Position numbers and translations under genes: made by a program | Shown: piece after piece, positions 40,406 to 50,982 of the stretch | Position numbering within the stretch: position 1 is the first letter of the stretch | How the letters are laid out: every line of letters begins with the position of its first letter | Notes under the pieces: model-generated | Database searches by the model: none | What the model saw: the letters and a program-made list of their open reading frames with translations, nothing else | Told to the model about the DNA's origin: nothing | Assembly (NCBI GenBank): GCA_963664435.2 | Contig: CAXXKM010000002.1 | Coordinates: 512,001 to 576,000, forward strand | DNA length: 64,000 bases | Direction: 5' to 3' | Source: Longimicrobiales bacterium | GTDB lineage: Bacteria > Gemmatimonadota > Gemmatimonadetes > Longimicrobiales > Gaopeijiaceae

Positions 40406-40968
40406 GGAGGGTTCGGGAGGGCCTGGCGCCGGCGGGTCGGATGCGGCGGCCGTGGCCGGGTGCCCCATGCCTGGCGGCGGCCGTGCTCGCGGCAGCCGCG
40501 CTCGTGGTGGGCTGCGGGCCGGCCGGGACGCCGGACGAGGAGGGCGTGCAGGCCGGGGCTGAACCCGCCCCGCGCAAGGAGATCATCCAGCCCGAGGGGG
40601 TGGCCAGGCTGCCGGTGTTCTCGTCCGCGGTGCGTAGCGGCGACCTGATCTTCCTGTCGGGCGCGATCGGGGCGCTCCCCGGGGTGTCGCCGCCGACCCT
40701 GGCGGAGGGCGGCATCGTTCCCGAGACCCGTCAGACCATGGACAACCTGGCGACCGTGCTGGAGGCAGCCGGGGCGGGGTGGGGGGACGTGGTCAAATGC
40801 ACCGTCTTCCTGGCCGACATGTCCGACTACGCCACCTTCAACGAGGTCTACCTGGAGTACTTCCCGGAGGACCCGCCCGCGCGCTCAGCCCTGGCCGCGG
40901 CCGGGCTGGCTTTCGACGCGCGCGTGGAAGTGGAGTGCATCGCGGCGGCCCCGGAGGGCGGCCCGTAG
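40402..40968 (+). CDS. RidA/YjgF family protein with lipoprotein signal
   Basis: FSSAVR, VVKCTVFL, FNEVY, PARS, VEVECIA; VVGC lipobox; ATGA overlap with the upstream gene. Confidence 0.88.
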   Translation: MRRVREGLAPAGRMRRPWPGAPCLAAAVLAAAALVVGCGPAGTPDEEGVQAGAEPAPRKEIIQPEGVARLPVFSSAVRSGDLIFLSGAIGALPGVSPPTLAEGGIVPETRQTMDNLATVLEAAGAGWGDVVKCTVFLADMSDYATFNEVYLEYFPEDPPARSALAAAGLAFDARVEVECIAAAPEGGP

Positions 40969-41000
40969 CAGTCCGGGGATGAATCCGCGGGGTGCGGACT

Positions 41001-41471
41001 CTAGTCCATGATGCGCCGGTACGTCGCGTGCCCAACCCCGGTGATCTTCCCCTCCTCGTCAAGGCGCACGTACTCGTTCTGAATCGTGTTGCCGTCCTCG
41101 GAGAGGGTGTTGATGATGACCTGGTAGACCCTGCCGTTGCGGCTGTTCAGGATGCGCGTGCTGCGCTCGTCCACGACCTCGACCGCGGTCTCGGCGTTCT
41201 GCTGGCCCTCCACCGCGCGGAAGACGCCGTCGAACAGGGTCACGTATCCCCACTCCGAGCTCTCGCCGCGCGCGTTCGTGCTCGCGACCGTGATGCGCAT
41301 CCCTCCGTCGCCGTAGGGCTCGTAGGTCATGACGTTGGAGGCTGGCGGGGGCCGGTCCGAGTCCATCAGCCAGGCTCCGTAGCGTGACTCGCCCTGGGCT
41401 TCGACTCCCGATGAGAATGCGAGTCCTGCCAGAATCGTCGTTGCCGGGAGCCATACGTTGCGAAGTCGCAT
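41001..41471 (-). CDS. Hypothetical secreted protein (beta-rich)
   Basis: SD GGAGG, signal peptide VEA|Q, LSEDGNT motif. Confidence 0.7.
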   Translation of the reverse strand: MRLRNVWLPATTILAGLAFSSGVEAQGESRYGAWLMDSDRPPPASNVMTYEPYGDGGMRITVASTNARGESSEWGYVTLFDGVFRAVEGQQNAETAVEVVDERSTRILNSRNGRVYQVIINTLSEDGNTIQNEYVRLDEEGKITGVGHATYRRIMD

Positions 41472-41668
41472 CTCATCCTCCGTGTTGCGGTAGTGCCCCC
41501 TGGCGAGCGGGGCGTTGAGACAACATATGCGCGGCGCCAGCCTCGTGAAACGTCCGGGCTCCGATACACCGCCACCGCAGCCGGCGGGCGCCGCAGCGAT
41601 TGACCTTCACGGACACTATCACAGATCTTCGAGGGCCGCTTCCGCCCACGTCACACGCCAGAGACATC

Positions 41669-42325
41669 ATGACGAAACTCGCCTTCCCGATCCCGCTCCT
41701 CGCCCTCGCCCTCGCATCATCCTTCGCCACCCCCTTGCCGGCCGCTCAGGACTTCGAGCGTCCGGACGGCTGGCAGGTCCGTTTCGACGAGCCCGGCGCA
41801 TCGGAAGACCAGCTGGAGATGTTCGTGTCGATGCCCCCCGGGTGGCACGTAACTTCCGGACCCGCGGCCATCTACTGGGCCCCGGAGATGGAGGCCTCGG
41901 GCAACTATCGCATCGAAATGGAGGTTTTCCTGTTCGAACCGCACCAGGGGATGCGCGAGGCGTTCGGCTTCTTCGCCGGCGGGCGCGAACTGGACGGTGA
42001 CGACATCGAATACACGTACTTCCTCATCCGTGACGGGGGCGAGTTCATCGTCAAGCGGCGCGAGGGCGCCGACGCTCCCACGATCCGCCCCTGGACGGGC
42101 CACGACGCCATTCTGGGCTGGGCGGACCGCGGAGAAGGGGCCACGGCGAAGAACATCCTCGCCGTCGAAGCCGCCCCTGACGAGGTGCGCTTCTTCGTCA
42201 ACGATGCCCAGGTTGCCGCCCTGCCACGCGCCGAAGTCGCGATGGACGGGACCTACGGCTTTCGCGTGAACCACATGCTCAACCTGCACATCTCACGGCT
42301 CGAGGCGATGCCGCTCGACCCGTAG
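41669..42325 (+). CDS. Hypothetical secreted protein (possible concanavalin/DUF1080-like fold)
   Basis: Signal peptide; HVTSGPA, YTYFLIR, FRVNH. Confidence 0.7.
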   Translation: MTKLAFPIPLLALALASSFATPLPAAQDFERPDGWQVRFDEPGASEDQLEMFVSMPPGWHVTSGPAAIYWAPEMEASGNYRIEMEVFLFEPHQGMREAFGFFAGGRELDGDDIEYTYFLIRDGGEFIVKRREGADAPTIRPWTGHDAILGWADRGEGATAKNILAVEAAPDEVRFFVNDAQVAALPRAEVAMDGTYGFRVNHMLNLHISRLEAMPLDP

Positions 42326-42351
42326 GCGCCCGCCCGGCAGCCCGTGCGGTA

Positions 42352-45090
42352 CTAGAAGTCGTGCCGCACCCGGAACATCACGAACCTCCCCAGGGGCGCG
42401 GCGCCCACGAACTCGGTGTGGTTGCTGTCGAACAGGTTGTTGGCGGTAACCGACAACGTCGTGCCCGGCTGGAAGGGCAGCCGGTAGCTCACCGAAGCGT
42501 CCGCGACCTGGTAGCCGTCGATCACGCCGATATAGGTCCCCGAGTTGACCGGGAATCCCGCCGTCATTCGCATGCGTCCCGTCGCCGAAAACCCGCTTCC
42601 CTGGTTGGCATAGGTAAGCCCGAGCGATCCGTTGTGGCTCGGGGCGTTGAGCGCAACATCCTCGATGTCGTCGCAGTCGTCGTCGGTGCTGTTGAAGCAC
42701 TCGGCGCTCTTCCACGAGAAGTTGCCGTTGACGCTGAACTGGTCGGACAGCAGCACCTCCAGGGCCAGGTCGGCCCCCGTGTACGACACGTCCCCGAAAT
42801 TCCGGTAGGTCAGCAGCAGGTCGTGCGTGCCTGACTGGTCCGTAGCCAGGGTACCCAGCGGAAGGCTCGCGATCGCGCCGACGGCCAGGGCAATCGGGCC
42901 TTCGATGAGCGCGGGAGGGATCAACCCCGCTCGAATCAGGGGATCGAGCCGGTGAAGCACGAAGGCCTGAACCGAGGCGGGATCGAAGAAGACGTTGGGA
43001 GTCTCGACCCGGAGCGAGCCCACGAAGTTCTCGATGCGCGTGTGGTAGAGGTCGGCGGCCAGCAGAACCCGGTCGTTGATCAGACCCTTGTAGCCCACCT
43101 CGAAGCTGTTGTGAATGGTGGGGACGAGGTCGGGAACGTCCAGCACGCCCGGCCCACCCAGCGTGACGAAGGGATCCGAGGAACCGGCGCCCGCGGCGGC
43201 GACGTCGAAGCGCCGGAACAGGGTGCCGAGCTGAGGATCGCCGGCTCCGGGGTTCAGGAGCATGGCCGACAGCGTGGGCAGCAGGGGCACGAGTTCGGGC
43301 GGAAGCAGGGACGCGAACTGCGGAAGCAACGTCTCGATCACCGGGTTCCAGAAAACGGCCGCATTGGCGGGCAACCCCTGGCCCGGCATCAGGGGCGAGT
43401 ACATGCACCGGGACTCGACGCCGCCCGGACACTGGCTGTTGAAGCTGTAGCCGCCGAGCGGCACCCCCTGCGAGCGGATGCCGTAGTTGATTCCCGGCAG
43501 GATCGGGATATTCGCCGCGAGGATGTCCAGGAACAGGTTGTTGGTGGAGGGCGTCGAAAAAGCCCGGTTGTAGGTGAAACGGACGTTCTGGCCCTCGGCG
43601 GGCGTGAGCACCAGGGCCACGCGCGGGGAGATGCTGGTCTTGGTCAGGCGGCTGTGATCGTCGACGCGCACCGCGGCCACCAGGTCGAACATGTCCGAGA
43701 GCGCGGTCTCGGAATGGACGTAGGCACCGACCTCGCGCGAGTCGTCGTCGCCCTCGTTGCGGCCCAGCACCGTCCCCTCCGTGCGCGGGTTGGTGCCGAT
43801 CAGGTCGACCCCGTAGGTAAAGCTCTGCCGCTCCCCGAGATCGAAGCCGTGCTGAATCTGCGCGGACATCACGTACGACTTGTCCACGATGTCCTGACCT
43901 GTGCGCAGCAGGTAGGTGTCCCCGGCGTCGCTGGTGTTGTAGAAGGCCTGTGCGAAGAAGCGGTCCTTCGAGAAGCGGGCCTGAACGTAGGGATAGACCC
44001 AGTTCTTGCCCTGCGCGGCCCCGATTCCGGTGAGCGCGATGGCGTTCTTCATCTGGCTCATGCCGGCGTTCAGCACGAAGGAGCCCCCGCCCTCGCCCCG
44101 GATGTCGGCGCGGGCGTCGAACGCGTAGCGCTCATAGAAGAAATCGCGGGCGGCGACCTTGGGGTGCGCGTTGGGCGCCGCGGCGGCCGCGACTTCGACC
44201 GGATCCCGGTACTCGAAGTCGTCCCCCCGCATGTACTGGCCGGACAGCTTGAACCCGAAGCGCTCGGATGGTGCGACCGCCGTCCGGAACTGACCCGAGA
44301 AGATCGAACGCTCGCCCGCGGCCAGCGAGACGGAGGTTCCGGGGCGGTCGATGGGGGACGCCGTGATGATGTGCATCACGCCGGCGGCGGCGTTGGGACC
44401 GTACAGGGCGGAGCCCGGTCCGAGCGACACTTCGATGCGGTCGATATCCAGGTCGGAGGTGGAGATCAGGTCGAAGGAGTTGAAGCGCTGGGACGGGATG
44501 CGCGCGTAGCGGTTGTCGACGATCGTCAGCAGCGTCCCGGAAAAGACGTTGTTGAAGCCGCGTGCAACGACGTTCTTGCCCGTCAGGCTGGACTGGAAGA
44601 TGTCCAGCCCGGGTTGCGTCTGGACGTGGTCCGCGGGGGTCGTCGCGATGGTGCGCTGGATCTCGGCCGACGACACCGAGGACACGGAGGCCGGTGCCTC
44701 GAGCGCCTTTTCCTGGCGGCGCGACGCGGTGACCACGACCGGGTTGAGGATCAGGGCCCGCGAGCGGATCGGGATTTCGATGTCCGTTGTCGCGCCGGCG
44801 TCCACCGCGATCCCGTCCAGACGGGTGATCTCGTAGCCGATCAGGGTCACGATCACCGAGTGGCTGCCAGCCGGAACCGACGCGGTGAAGCCGCCGGCGG
44901 CGTCGCTGGCCATCAGGGGCTGTCCGACAATCTCGATGGTCGCGCCCACCACGGCCGAGCCCGTCTCGGCGTCGGTGACGCGGCCGGTGAGGGTCCCCTG
45001 CTGTGCAGCGAGGGGGGCGCTGTAGAGAACCCCCGCCGCGACGAACATCCAGGGGAGATACCGCTGCCACCGCGTGCTGATCGCTTTCAT
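42352..45090 (-). CDS. TonB-dependent receptor
   Basis: N-terminal carboxypeptidase-like domain, VVTASR TonB box, IDRIEV..GPGSALYG plug, NNLFD, terminal Phe. Confidence 0.95.
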   Translation of the reverse strand: MKAISTRWQRYLPWMFVAAGVLYSAPLAAQQGTLTGRVTDAETGSAVVGATIEIVGQPLMASDAAGGFTASVPAGSHSVIVTLIGYEITRLDGIAVDAGATTDIEIPIRSRALILNPVVVTASRRQEKALEAPASVSSVSSAEIQRTIATTPADHVQTQPGLDIFQSSLTGKNVVARGFNNVFSGTLLTIVDNRYARIPSQRFNSFDLISTSDLDIDRIEVSLGPGSALYGPNAAAGVMHIITASPIDRPGTSVSLAAGERSIFSGQFRTAVAPSERFGFKLSGQYMRGDDFEYRDPVEVAAAAAPNAHPKVAARDFFYERYAFDARADIRGEGGGSFVLNAGMSQMKNAIALTGIGAAQGKNWVYPYVQARFSKDRFFAQAFYNTSDAGDTYLLRTGQDIVDKSYVMSAQIQHGFDLGERQSFTYGVDLIGTNPRTEGTVLGRNEGDDDSREVGAYVHSETALSDMFDLVAAVRVDDHSRLTKTSISPRVALVLTPAEGQNVRFTYNRAFSTPSTNNLFLDILAANIPILPGINYGIRSQGVPLGGYSFNSQCPGGVESRCMYSPLMPGQGLPANAAVFWNPVIETLLPQFASLLPPELVPLLPTLSAMLLNPGAGDPQLGTLFRRFDVAAAGAGSSDPFVTLGGPGVLDVPDLVPTIHNSFEVGYKGLINDRVLLAADLYHTRIENFVGSLRVETPNVFFDPASVQAFVLHRLDPLIRAGLIPPALIEGPIALAVGAIASLPLGTLATDQSGTHDLLLTYRNFGDVSYTGADLALEVLLSDQFSVNGNFSWKSAECFNSTDDDCDDIEDVALNAPSHNGSLGLTYANQGSGFSATGRMRMTAGFPVNSGTYIGVIDGYQVADASVSYRLPFQPGTTLSVTANNLFDSNHTEFVGAAPLGRFVMFRVRHDF

Positions 45091-45354
45091 CGAACTCTCC
45101 TCTTTATGCGGATGCCCAGGGCGTCCGGAAGAACGGACTAGTCGTTGCTGTGACCGAAAATGTCGTCGAATCGGACGAATTCGTCGCAGAAATTGCTTTC
45201 CGAGAACCGGCAAAATAACCTGTCGGCCATCCGGGCGGCCAGTCCGGTTGGCGTCGCTTCGAGCGTCCGGCGAGGCACGCCGGGCCGGCAGTCCGTGGAT
45301 GAGCCCGCGCGCGCGGCTGGAGCGGCGGTGCCGGACAGTTCGTCCATCGGCCGG

Positions 45355-47880
45355 CTAGGGCCGGGCCCACTCCTCCAACCGGGCGCTCGCCCGGTCGAAA
45401 CGGGCCAGCAGATTCGGGATGTCCGCGTCTCCGTAGCCGATGACCAGTCGGTTGCGGGCGACGCGGAGCACCTCCGCCAGTTCGCGGGCCGCGCGCACCC
45501 TCGCGCCGGGTTCGGTGCTCCCGACCGCCCCGATCCAGATCGGCCCGGTGTGGGCAAACGGATAGCTGGCCATGGAGGGCCATTCCGTGCTCCCGCCCAC
45601 CGCGCGCACCGCGACCCACCCGCCCCCGGGGAGGTCGAGCGTTCCCTCGTACCGCCGCGAGCCCGGTCCATCGAGTCCGTCGGACTCCCAGGCCACCTCT
45701 CCGTTGACGAGCACGTCCACGCGCTCGACGCCGCCCGCAGAGCTCAGGTCGAGCGTCCAGGCGGCGGATCCGGGCGCCACCACCCCGCCCGGCCCCGCCC
45801 CCTCGAGCCGGAAGTCGAGGAAGGGACCGTTGGTGACGAAGGTGCGACCCTCGCGGAGCGCCGCCATGTACGCCGGCCAGTTGAGTCGGCCGCCGGTCAT
45901 CGCGTACACCCTCGTGGTCCCCACCGCCATGGTGCGGAAGAAGTTGTTCATTACGTCGGTACCGGCGCTGGGCGCCACCGGAATGCCCAGGTTGAGGAAG
46001 CGGTGCCACACCTGGGTGGTGGTGGTCTCGTCGCTCCACAGGCAGACCACCTCCAGGGCGTCCAGGTCGCCGAGCACCGCGTCCGCCACCAGCTCGACGG
46101 GTACGGCGGGCGCAAGCTCCTCGAAGGGCACTTCCGACCACGGCTGCTCGCGCTCGGCGCCGCGCGCGTTCACCGGGTGCACGTAGTACCCGAAGCCGCC
46201 GCGGGAGCGGGCGTGGCCCAGCGCCTCCGCGTTCTCGCGGTCGTCGGTGCCGTAGACCTGGTAGCCGGGGCCCCACACCCACGGCCAGAAGAAGTCACCG
46301 ATGCCGATGAGGCCCACGTGGCCGAGAAAGTGGGAGCGCACCTCCTGGCCGAAGCGGATGAGCGGTCCCTCGCCCGCCCGCTCCCAGCCCCACAGGTCCT
46401 GGTCCTCGAAGCGGTTGTGCAGGTTGGCCAGCAGGGGGGTGGCGACGTCGAGCGCCTCCCCCCGCATCATCGGGACCAGGTCGGCCGGGGCCAGGTCGTA
46501 GGGGCCCCCGTAGTTCAGGTGGAAATGGTGCTCCCCCGACACCCATCCCGCGGCCCGTGCGTCCCAGACGGGGGCGAGCGTCACCTCCACCTCGGTGGTC
46601 CGGCCGGCCACGACCTCGACGGTGCGGGCGACCTCGGGGGTCGCGAGTCCCTGCACGGCCGCCACGGTCGCGCTCCCGGCCGGCACCGTGAACTCGGCGA
46701 TCCCCGGCGAGTAGGCATACACCCGCCCGCTCTGACCGTCGAACCAGGGTCGCGAGCCGGCCGGGACGGCCGGGTGGCCGGTCGCGTCGACCACGTCCAG
46801 GCGGGCCGCCGCGGGTGGGCCTCCTTCCTCGAGGGTGGTGCGCACCCGCAGCGTGCCCGTCCCGACCCCCCAGTCCCAGGTGCGCACCACGACCTCCTCG
46901 GCCGGCCCGCCCGCGGCGGCCACCCGGTAGAGCCGCATCGGCCGGTTGCCGTCCCCGCGCGAGAAGTACACCCACTCCCCCCCGGGCCGGCTCCACGCGG
47001 GGGTGAGCGGCGTGCCGCCCTCCGTTTCCGGAGGCCCGACCAGCAGGATCGACCCGGCCGGGTTGTCCACATTCACCAGCCGCAGCTCCCATCCGGCCTG
47101 CGTGGGCCAGTTGACCGCGACCGTCGAGCCGTCGGGGCTGAGCGCCGGACGCGCCATGGAGGCGATCCTCCCCTCGAGCAGCGTCCGCGGCCCGGGTCCC
47201 GCGGGCGCTCCGGAAGCGTCGAGCTCCCGCACCAGCACCCGGTCGCCGCCCCCGCCGCCCTTGGCCAGGTACACGAGGGCGCCCGCCCCCGGCTGCGGCT
47301 TCAGCTCGATCCCCGCCACGTCGGTGATGGGGGTCCTCTCCCCGCTCGCCAGCTCGAGCGCCCACAGATCGATGGTCCCTGCCGACGCGGACGCGAAGTA
47401 GAGCCGGCCGCCATCGGGGGAGAAGGCCGGGTCGAGCTCGATCGCCGGCGTGTTCTCGCTCAGCAGCTCCGCGCCCGTCCCGACGTCCGCCACCACGATC
47501 CAGGTGTCGCGCGTGTCGTCGCGCACGAAGGCGATGCGGGACCCGTCGGGCGACCAGGCCGGGCGCGCGTCCATCGCTCCGCCGGACGTGAGCCGGCGCG
47601 CGCGCCCGTCCACCAGGTCCATCACCCAGATCCAGCCGTGCGATGCGAAGGCCAGGCGGGTTCCGTCCGGCGACGCCGCCGGATCGATGGGACCGCTGGT
47701 GAGGGAGGGCATCTCGTAGCCCTCCAGGTAGATCTGGTGCCCGTAGCCCTCCACCCGCGGATAGCGGTTGGTCCATTGGGCCGAAACCGCCGCCGGTCCC
47801 AGCGCCGCGGCCAGGGCGATCACGCCCAGCCGCGCAGCCGCTGGAGAGCCACTCCGAGCCCGATTCGTGCCTCGCTTCAT
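45355..47880 (-). CDS. CehA/McbA-family metallohydrolase with TolB-like PD40 repeats
   Basis: PAWSPDG repeats, GEHHFH, GQEVR..GH, YVHP, AGTD, GRTFVTNGP. Confidence 0.85.
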   Translation of the reverse strand: MKRGTNRARSGSPAAARLGVIALAAALGPAAVSAQWTNRYPRVEGYGHQIYLEGYEMPSLTSGPIDPAASPDGTRLAFASHGWIWVMDLVDGRARRLTSGGAMDARPAWSPDGSRIAFVRDDTRDTWIVVADVGTGAELLSENTPAIELDPAFSPDGGRLYFASASAGTIDLWALELASGERTPITDVAGIELKPQPGAGALVYLAKGGGGGDRVLVRELDASGAPAGPGPRTLLEGRIASMARPALSPDGSTVAVNWPTQAGWELRLVNVDNPAGSILLVGPPETEGGTPLTPAWSRPGGEWVYFSRGDGNRPMRLYRVAAAGGPAEEVVVRTWDWGVGTGTLRVRTTLEEGGPPAAARLDVVDATGHPAVPAGSRPWFDGQSGRVYAYSPGIAEFTVPAGSATVAAVQGLATPEVARTVEVVAGRTTEVEVTLAPVWDARAAGWVSGEHHFHLNYGGPYDLAPADLVPMMRGEALDVATPLLANLHNRFEDQDLWGWERAGEGPLIRFGQEVRSHFLGHVGLIGIGDFFWPWVWGPGYQVYGTDDRENAEALGHARSRGGFGYYVHPVNARGAEREQPWSEVPFEELAPAVPVELVADAVLGDLDALEVVCLWSDETTTTQVWHRFLNLGIPVAPSAGTDVMNNFFRTMAVGTTRVYAMTGGRLNWPAYMAALREGRTFVTNGPFLDFRLEGAGPGGVVAPGSAAWTLDLSSAGGVERVDVLVNGEVAWESDGLDGPGSRRYEGTLDLPGGGWVAVRAVGGSTEWPSMASYPFAHTGPIWIGAVGSTEPGARVRAARELAEVLRVARNRLVIGYGDADIPNLLARFDRASARLEEWARP

Positions 47881-49664
47881 GCTTCAGCCTCCTTTCCTGT
47901 CCTTTCCATCTTCGCCCGGTCGTGCGTCCGCCGCAGCGGAATCTCCGGGATGCGCGCCGCCAGCACCCCGGCCGCGAGTGTAAGGAACGCGACCAGCCAG
48001 TAGATCCGCTGGGAGGCGCGGGTGAACGCCAGCCGCACCCGGTCCGCCGACTCCCGCGCCACGGCGCGGCCCTCCGTGCGCAGTGCGACCGCTCCGTCCG
48101 GGCTGTCCGCCTCCCCGGCCCTCTCCTCGAAGGCTGCGAGAATCGCCTCCGGCAGGCCAACCCCACCTCTCGAAACATAGGCCTGCGCGCTGACCCTTCC
48201 ACGGGTGCGATCCCGCAATTCCGCATCCAGCGTGGAGAACGTGGCCGCCAGCGTAAAGGTCAGCACCGCGCCCATGGCCGCCGCCCCCATCGTCGCTCCG
48301 GTCTGGCGAAAGAACTGGGAGGCGCTGGTCGCCTGCCCGACGAAGCGAACGTCGGTGGCGTTCTGGATGGCGAGGGTGAAGAGAGGCATCCCGGGCCCGG
48401 CCCCGAGGCCGCAGAGGATCGTGCAGAGGTAGACCTGCCAGTACGCCGTGGAGGGATCCATGCGCGCCAGCAGCACGGCGCCCAGGAAGAACACCGCCGT
48501 ACCGACGACGATCTGGCGCCGGTAGCCGATGCGGCTGGCGACCTGTCCCGCAAGCGTGGCCGAGATCACGATGCCGAGCGAGAACGGGATCAGCACCAGC
48601 CCCGCTTCCGTAGCGGATACCCCCCTCGTCGACACGAGGAAGAGCGGGACGAAGATGTTGATGGAGATGAAGGCGGCGCCGAAGAAGAACGTAGCCAGGG
48701 TAGCCCGGCGAAAGACGGGTTCGGAGAACAGGCGTGGCTCGAGAATCGGGCCTTCCACGGCGCGCGAGCGGCGCACGAACGCCACCAGCAGAATCGCGGA
48801 CAGCGCCAGCAGGCCGGGCGTCGCCCACAACTGCCATCCCCCGGACGCGACCGCTCCCTCCGCCGCCATCGGTGCCGAGGCCAGCCACGGAAGCCAGGGG
48901 CTGGCCTGCTTGTCGATCTGCAGCCCGACGACCAGCGGCACCAGCCCGCCGACCAGAAGGCCAGCCCCGGCGAAGTCCGGGCGCGTCGCTCCCGGGGCCG
49001 CCTCCAGAAGCGGCATCCGGCGCAGGATATGCCACAGCGCGATCCCTCCGATGGGCATGTTGACCAGAAAGACCCAGCGCCAGCCGGCGATCCCGGGTAT
49101 CCAGCTCCCCGCGTGGTCCGTGAGCACCCCGCCCAGCAAGGGCCCCATCACCGAGGAGACGCCGAACACCGCGCCCACGTATCCCTGGTACTTGCCGCGC
49201 TCGGCCGGAGTGAAGAGATCCGCGATGACGATGAAGGTCATGGCGAAGATGCCCCCCGCGCCCATCCCCTGGACGCCCCGGGAGATCACGAGCTGGCTCA
49301 TGCCGTCGCCGAGCAGCGGAAGCGGCCCCGCGATTCCCGCCAGGCCGCAGGCGACCGAGCCGCCCAGGAAGAGACCCACGGCCGCCAGGGTCACGTGCTT
49401 GCGCGCATAGGTGTCGGCCAGCTTGCCGTAGACCAGCGCCAGGGAGGTCGACGCCAGCAGGTACATGGTCGTCACCCATGTGTAGCGCTCCACCCCGGCA
49501 AGGTCCTCCACGATCCTGGGGAGCGCCGTGGCCACGATGGTCTGGTCGAGTGCACCCAGCAGGAGCGCGAGCAGGATGGCCAGGTAAACCGTCATCCGGT
49601 CGGCGTGGGAGATCCTTCCCTCATCGGGCCCGGTCCCGAGCCCCCGCGGCGCGGTCGCTTTCAT
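47877..49664 (-). CDS. MFS DHA2 (EmrB/QacA-like) multidrug transporter
   Basis: LDQTIVATALP, GKLADTYARK, RGVQGMGAG, WRWVFLVN. Confidence 0.92.
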   Translation of the reverse strand: MKATAPRGLGTGPDEGRISHADRMTVYLAILLALLLGALDQTIVATALPRIVEDLAGVERYTWVTTMYLLASTSLALVYGKLADTYARKHVTLAAVGLFLGGSVACGLAGIAGPLPLLGDGMSQLVISRGVQGMGAGGIFAMTFIVIADLFTPAERGKYQGYVGAVFGVSSVMGPLLGGVLTDHAGSWIPGIAGWRWVFLVNMPIGGIALWHILRRMPLLEAAPGATRPDFAGAGLLVGGLVPLVVGLQIDKQASPWLPWLASAPMAAEGAVASGGWQLWATPGLLALSAILLVAFVRRSRAVEGPILEPRLFSEPVFRRATLATFFFGAAFISINIFVPLFLVSTRGVSATEAGLVLIPFSLGIVISATLAGQVASRIGYRRQIVVGTAVFFLGAVLLARMDPSTAYWQVYLCTILCGLGAGPGMPLFTLAIQNATDVRFVGQATSASQFFRQTGATMGAAAMGAVLTFTLAATFSTLDAELRDRTRGRVSAQAYVSRGGVGLPEAILAAFEERAGEADSPDGAVALRTEGRAVARESADRVRLAFTRASQRIYWLVAFLTLAAGVLAARIPEIPLRRTHDRAKMERTGKEAEA

Positions 49665-49824
49665 GAAGCCGGATTGGGGAGGGACATTGCGCGGGCCGGT
49701 GCTCGCTTGCCTGACAAGCGGAGGTTAGGGTAGGGAGGCTGGACCAAAGTGAGACCACCGCGTGCGAGCGGCCAGTTCCCGGGGAGGCGTGGCCGCGGAG
49801 CCGGACCAGCATGGAGGAGCGTTC

Positions 49825-50982
49825 ATGCCTGCCGATCGAAGAGAGTTTCTGAAGATGTCCGCGGCGGCGGGAGCCGCGCTGGGACTGGGTGCCGTTCCCG
49901 CTGCGGGGCTGCCGCATCCGGGCCCGGATCGCGGGCTCGCGGCGCCACAGGAAGCGCCTCGCTCACTGCGCATCCTCATCCTCGGAGGCACCGGCTTCAT
50001 CGGTCCCTTCCAGGTGCGCTACGCCCTGTCCCGCGGTCACTCGGTAACGCTCTTCAACCGCGGGCGCTCCAATCCCGGGATGTTCCCCGGGGTGGAAACC
50101 CTCATCGGCGACCGGAACGGCCAGCTTGACGCGCTCAGGGGCCACACCTGGGACGTGGTGATCGACAACTCGCGCTCCAATCCGGACTGGGTGCGCCTCG
50201 CCGCCGAGTTCCTGCGCGACTCCGTGGACCGCTACTTCTACGTTTCCTCGCGCTCGGCGTACTCGGACCTCAGCAGCGTGCCGATGACGTCGGACGCCCC
50301 GACCTTCACCTACGAGACCGCGGGCATCGAACCGGGTTCGGAAAACCTCCCCTACGGCCTCGCCAAGGCGCTCTCGGAGCGGGAGGCGCAGCGGGTCTTC
50401 GTGGACCGCACCAACATCGTGCGGCCCGGGCTCATCATCGGTCCCCGGGACGAGACCGACCGCTTCACCTACTGGCCGGTGCGCATCCACCGGGGCGGCG
50501 AAGTGCTGGCCCCGGGCGACGGCTCCGACACCGTGCAGATCATCGACGTGCGCGACCTCACCGAGTGGATGATCCGCATGGCGGAAACGGGGCACACGGG
50601 AGAGTACAACGGCATCGGGCCGGCCACGCCCCGGCCCATGACGGAACTGCTCTACGGAATTCGCGCGGTGACCGCGGCGGAGACCACCTTCACCTGGGTC
50701 GACACCGACTTCCTCATCGAGAGGGGAATGCGCCCGTACCGCGAGATGCCGGTCTGGCGGCCGCCGGTCCCCGGATTCGAGGGCTTCGCGCGCTTCGACC
50801 TGACGCCGGAGGTGGAGGCCGGCCTCACCTTCCGCCCGCTGGCGGACACGGCGCGGGACACGCTCGAGTATCATTTTTCCCGCCCACCCGAACGCCAGGC
50901 CAATCTGCGCGCCGGCGCCACCCCCGAGCAGGAAGCGGAAGTGCTCGCGGCCTGGCACCGCAGCGGGCGCGCCGGCCGTTAG
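49825..50982 (+). CDS. Tat-exported NAD-dependent epimerase/dehydratase family protein
   Basis: DRREFLK twin-arginine signal, GGTGFIG, YGLAK. Confidence 0.88.
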   Translation: MPADRREFLKMSAAAGAALGLGAVPAAGLPHPGPDRGLAAPQEAPRSLRILILGGTGFIGPFQVRYALSRGHSVTLFNRGRSNPGMFPGVETLIGDRNGQLDALRGHTWDVVIDNSRSNPDWVRLAAEFLRDSVDRYFYVSSRSAYSDLSSVPMTSDAPTFTYETAGIEPGSENLPYGLAKALSEREAQRVFVDRTNIVRPGLIIGPRDETDRFTYWPVRIHRGGEVLAPGDGSDTVQIIDVRDLTEWMIRMAETGHTGEYNGIGPATPRPMTELLYGIRAVTAAETTFTWVDTDFLIERGMRPYREMPVWRPPVPGFEGFARFDLTPEVEAGLTFRPLADTARDTLEYHFSRPPERQANLRAGATPEQEAEVLAAWHRSGRAGR

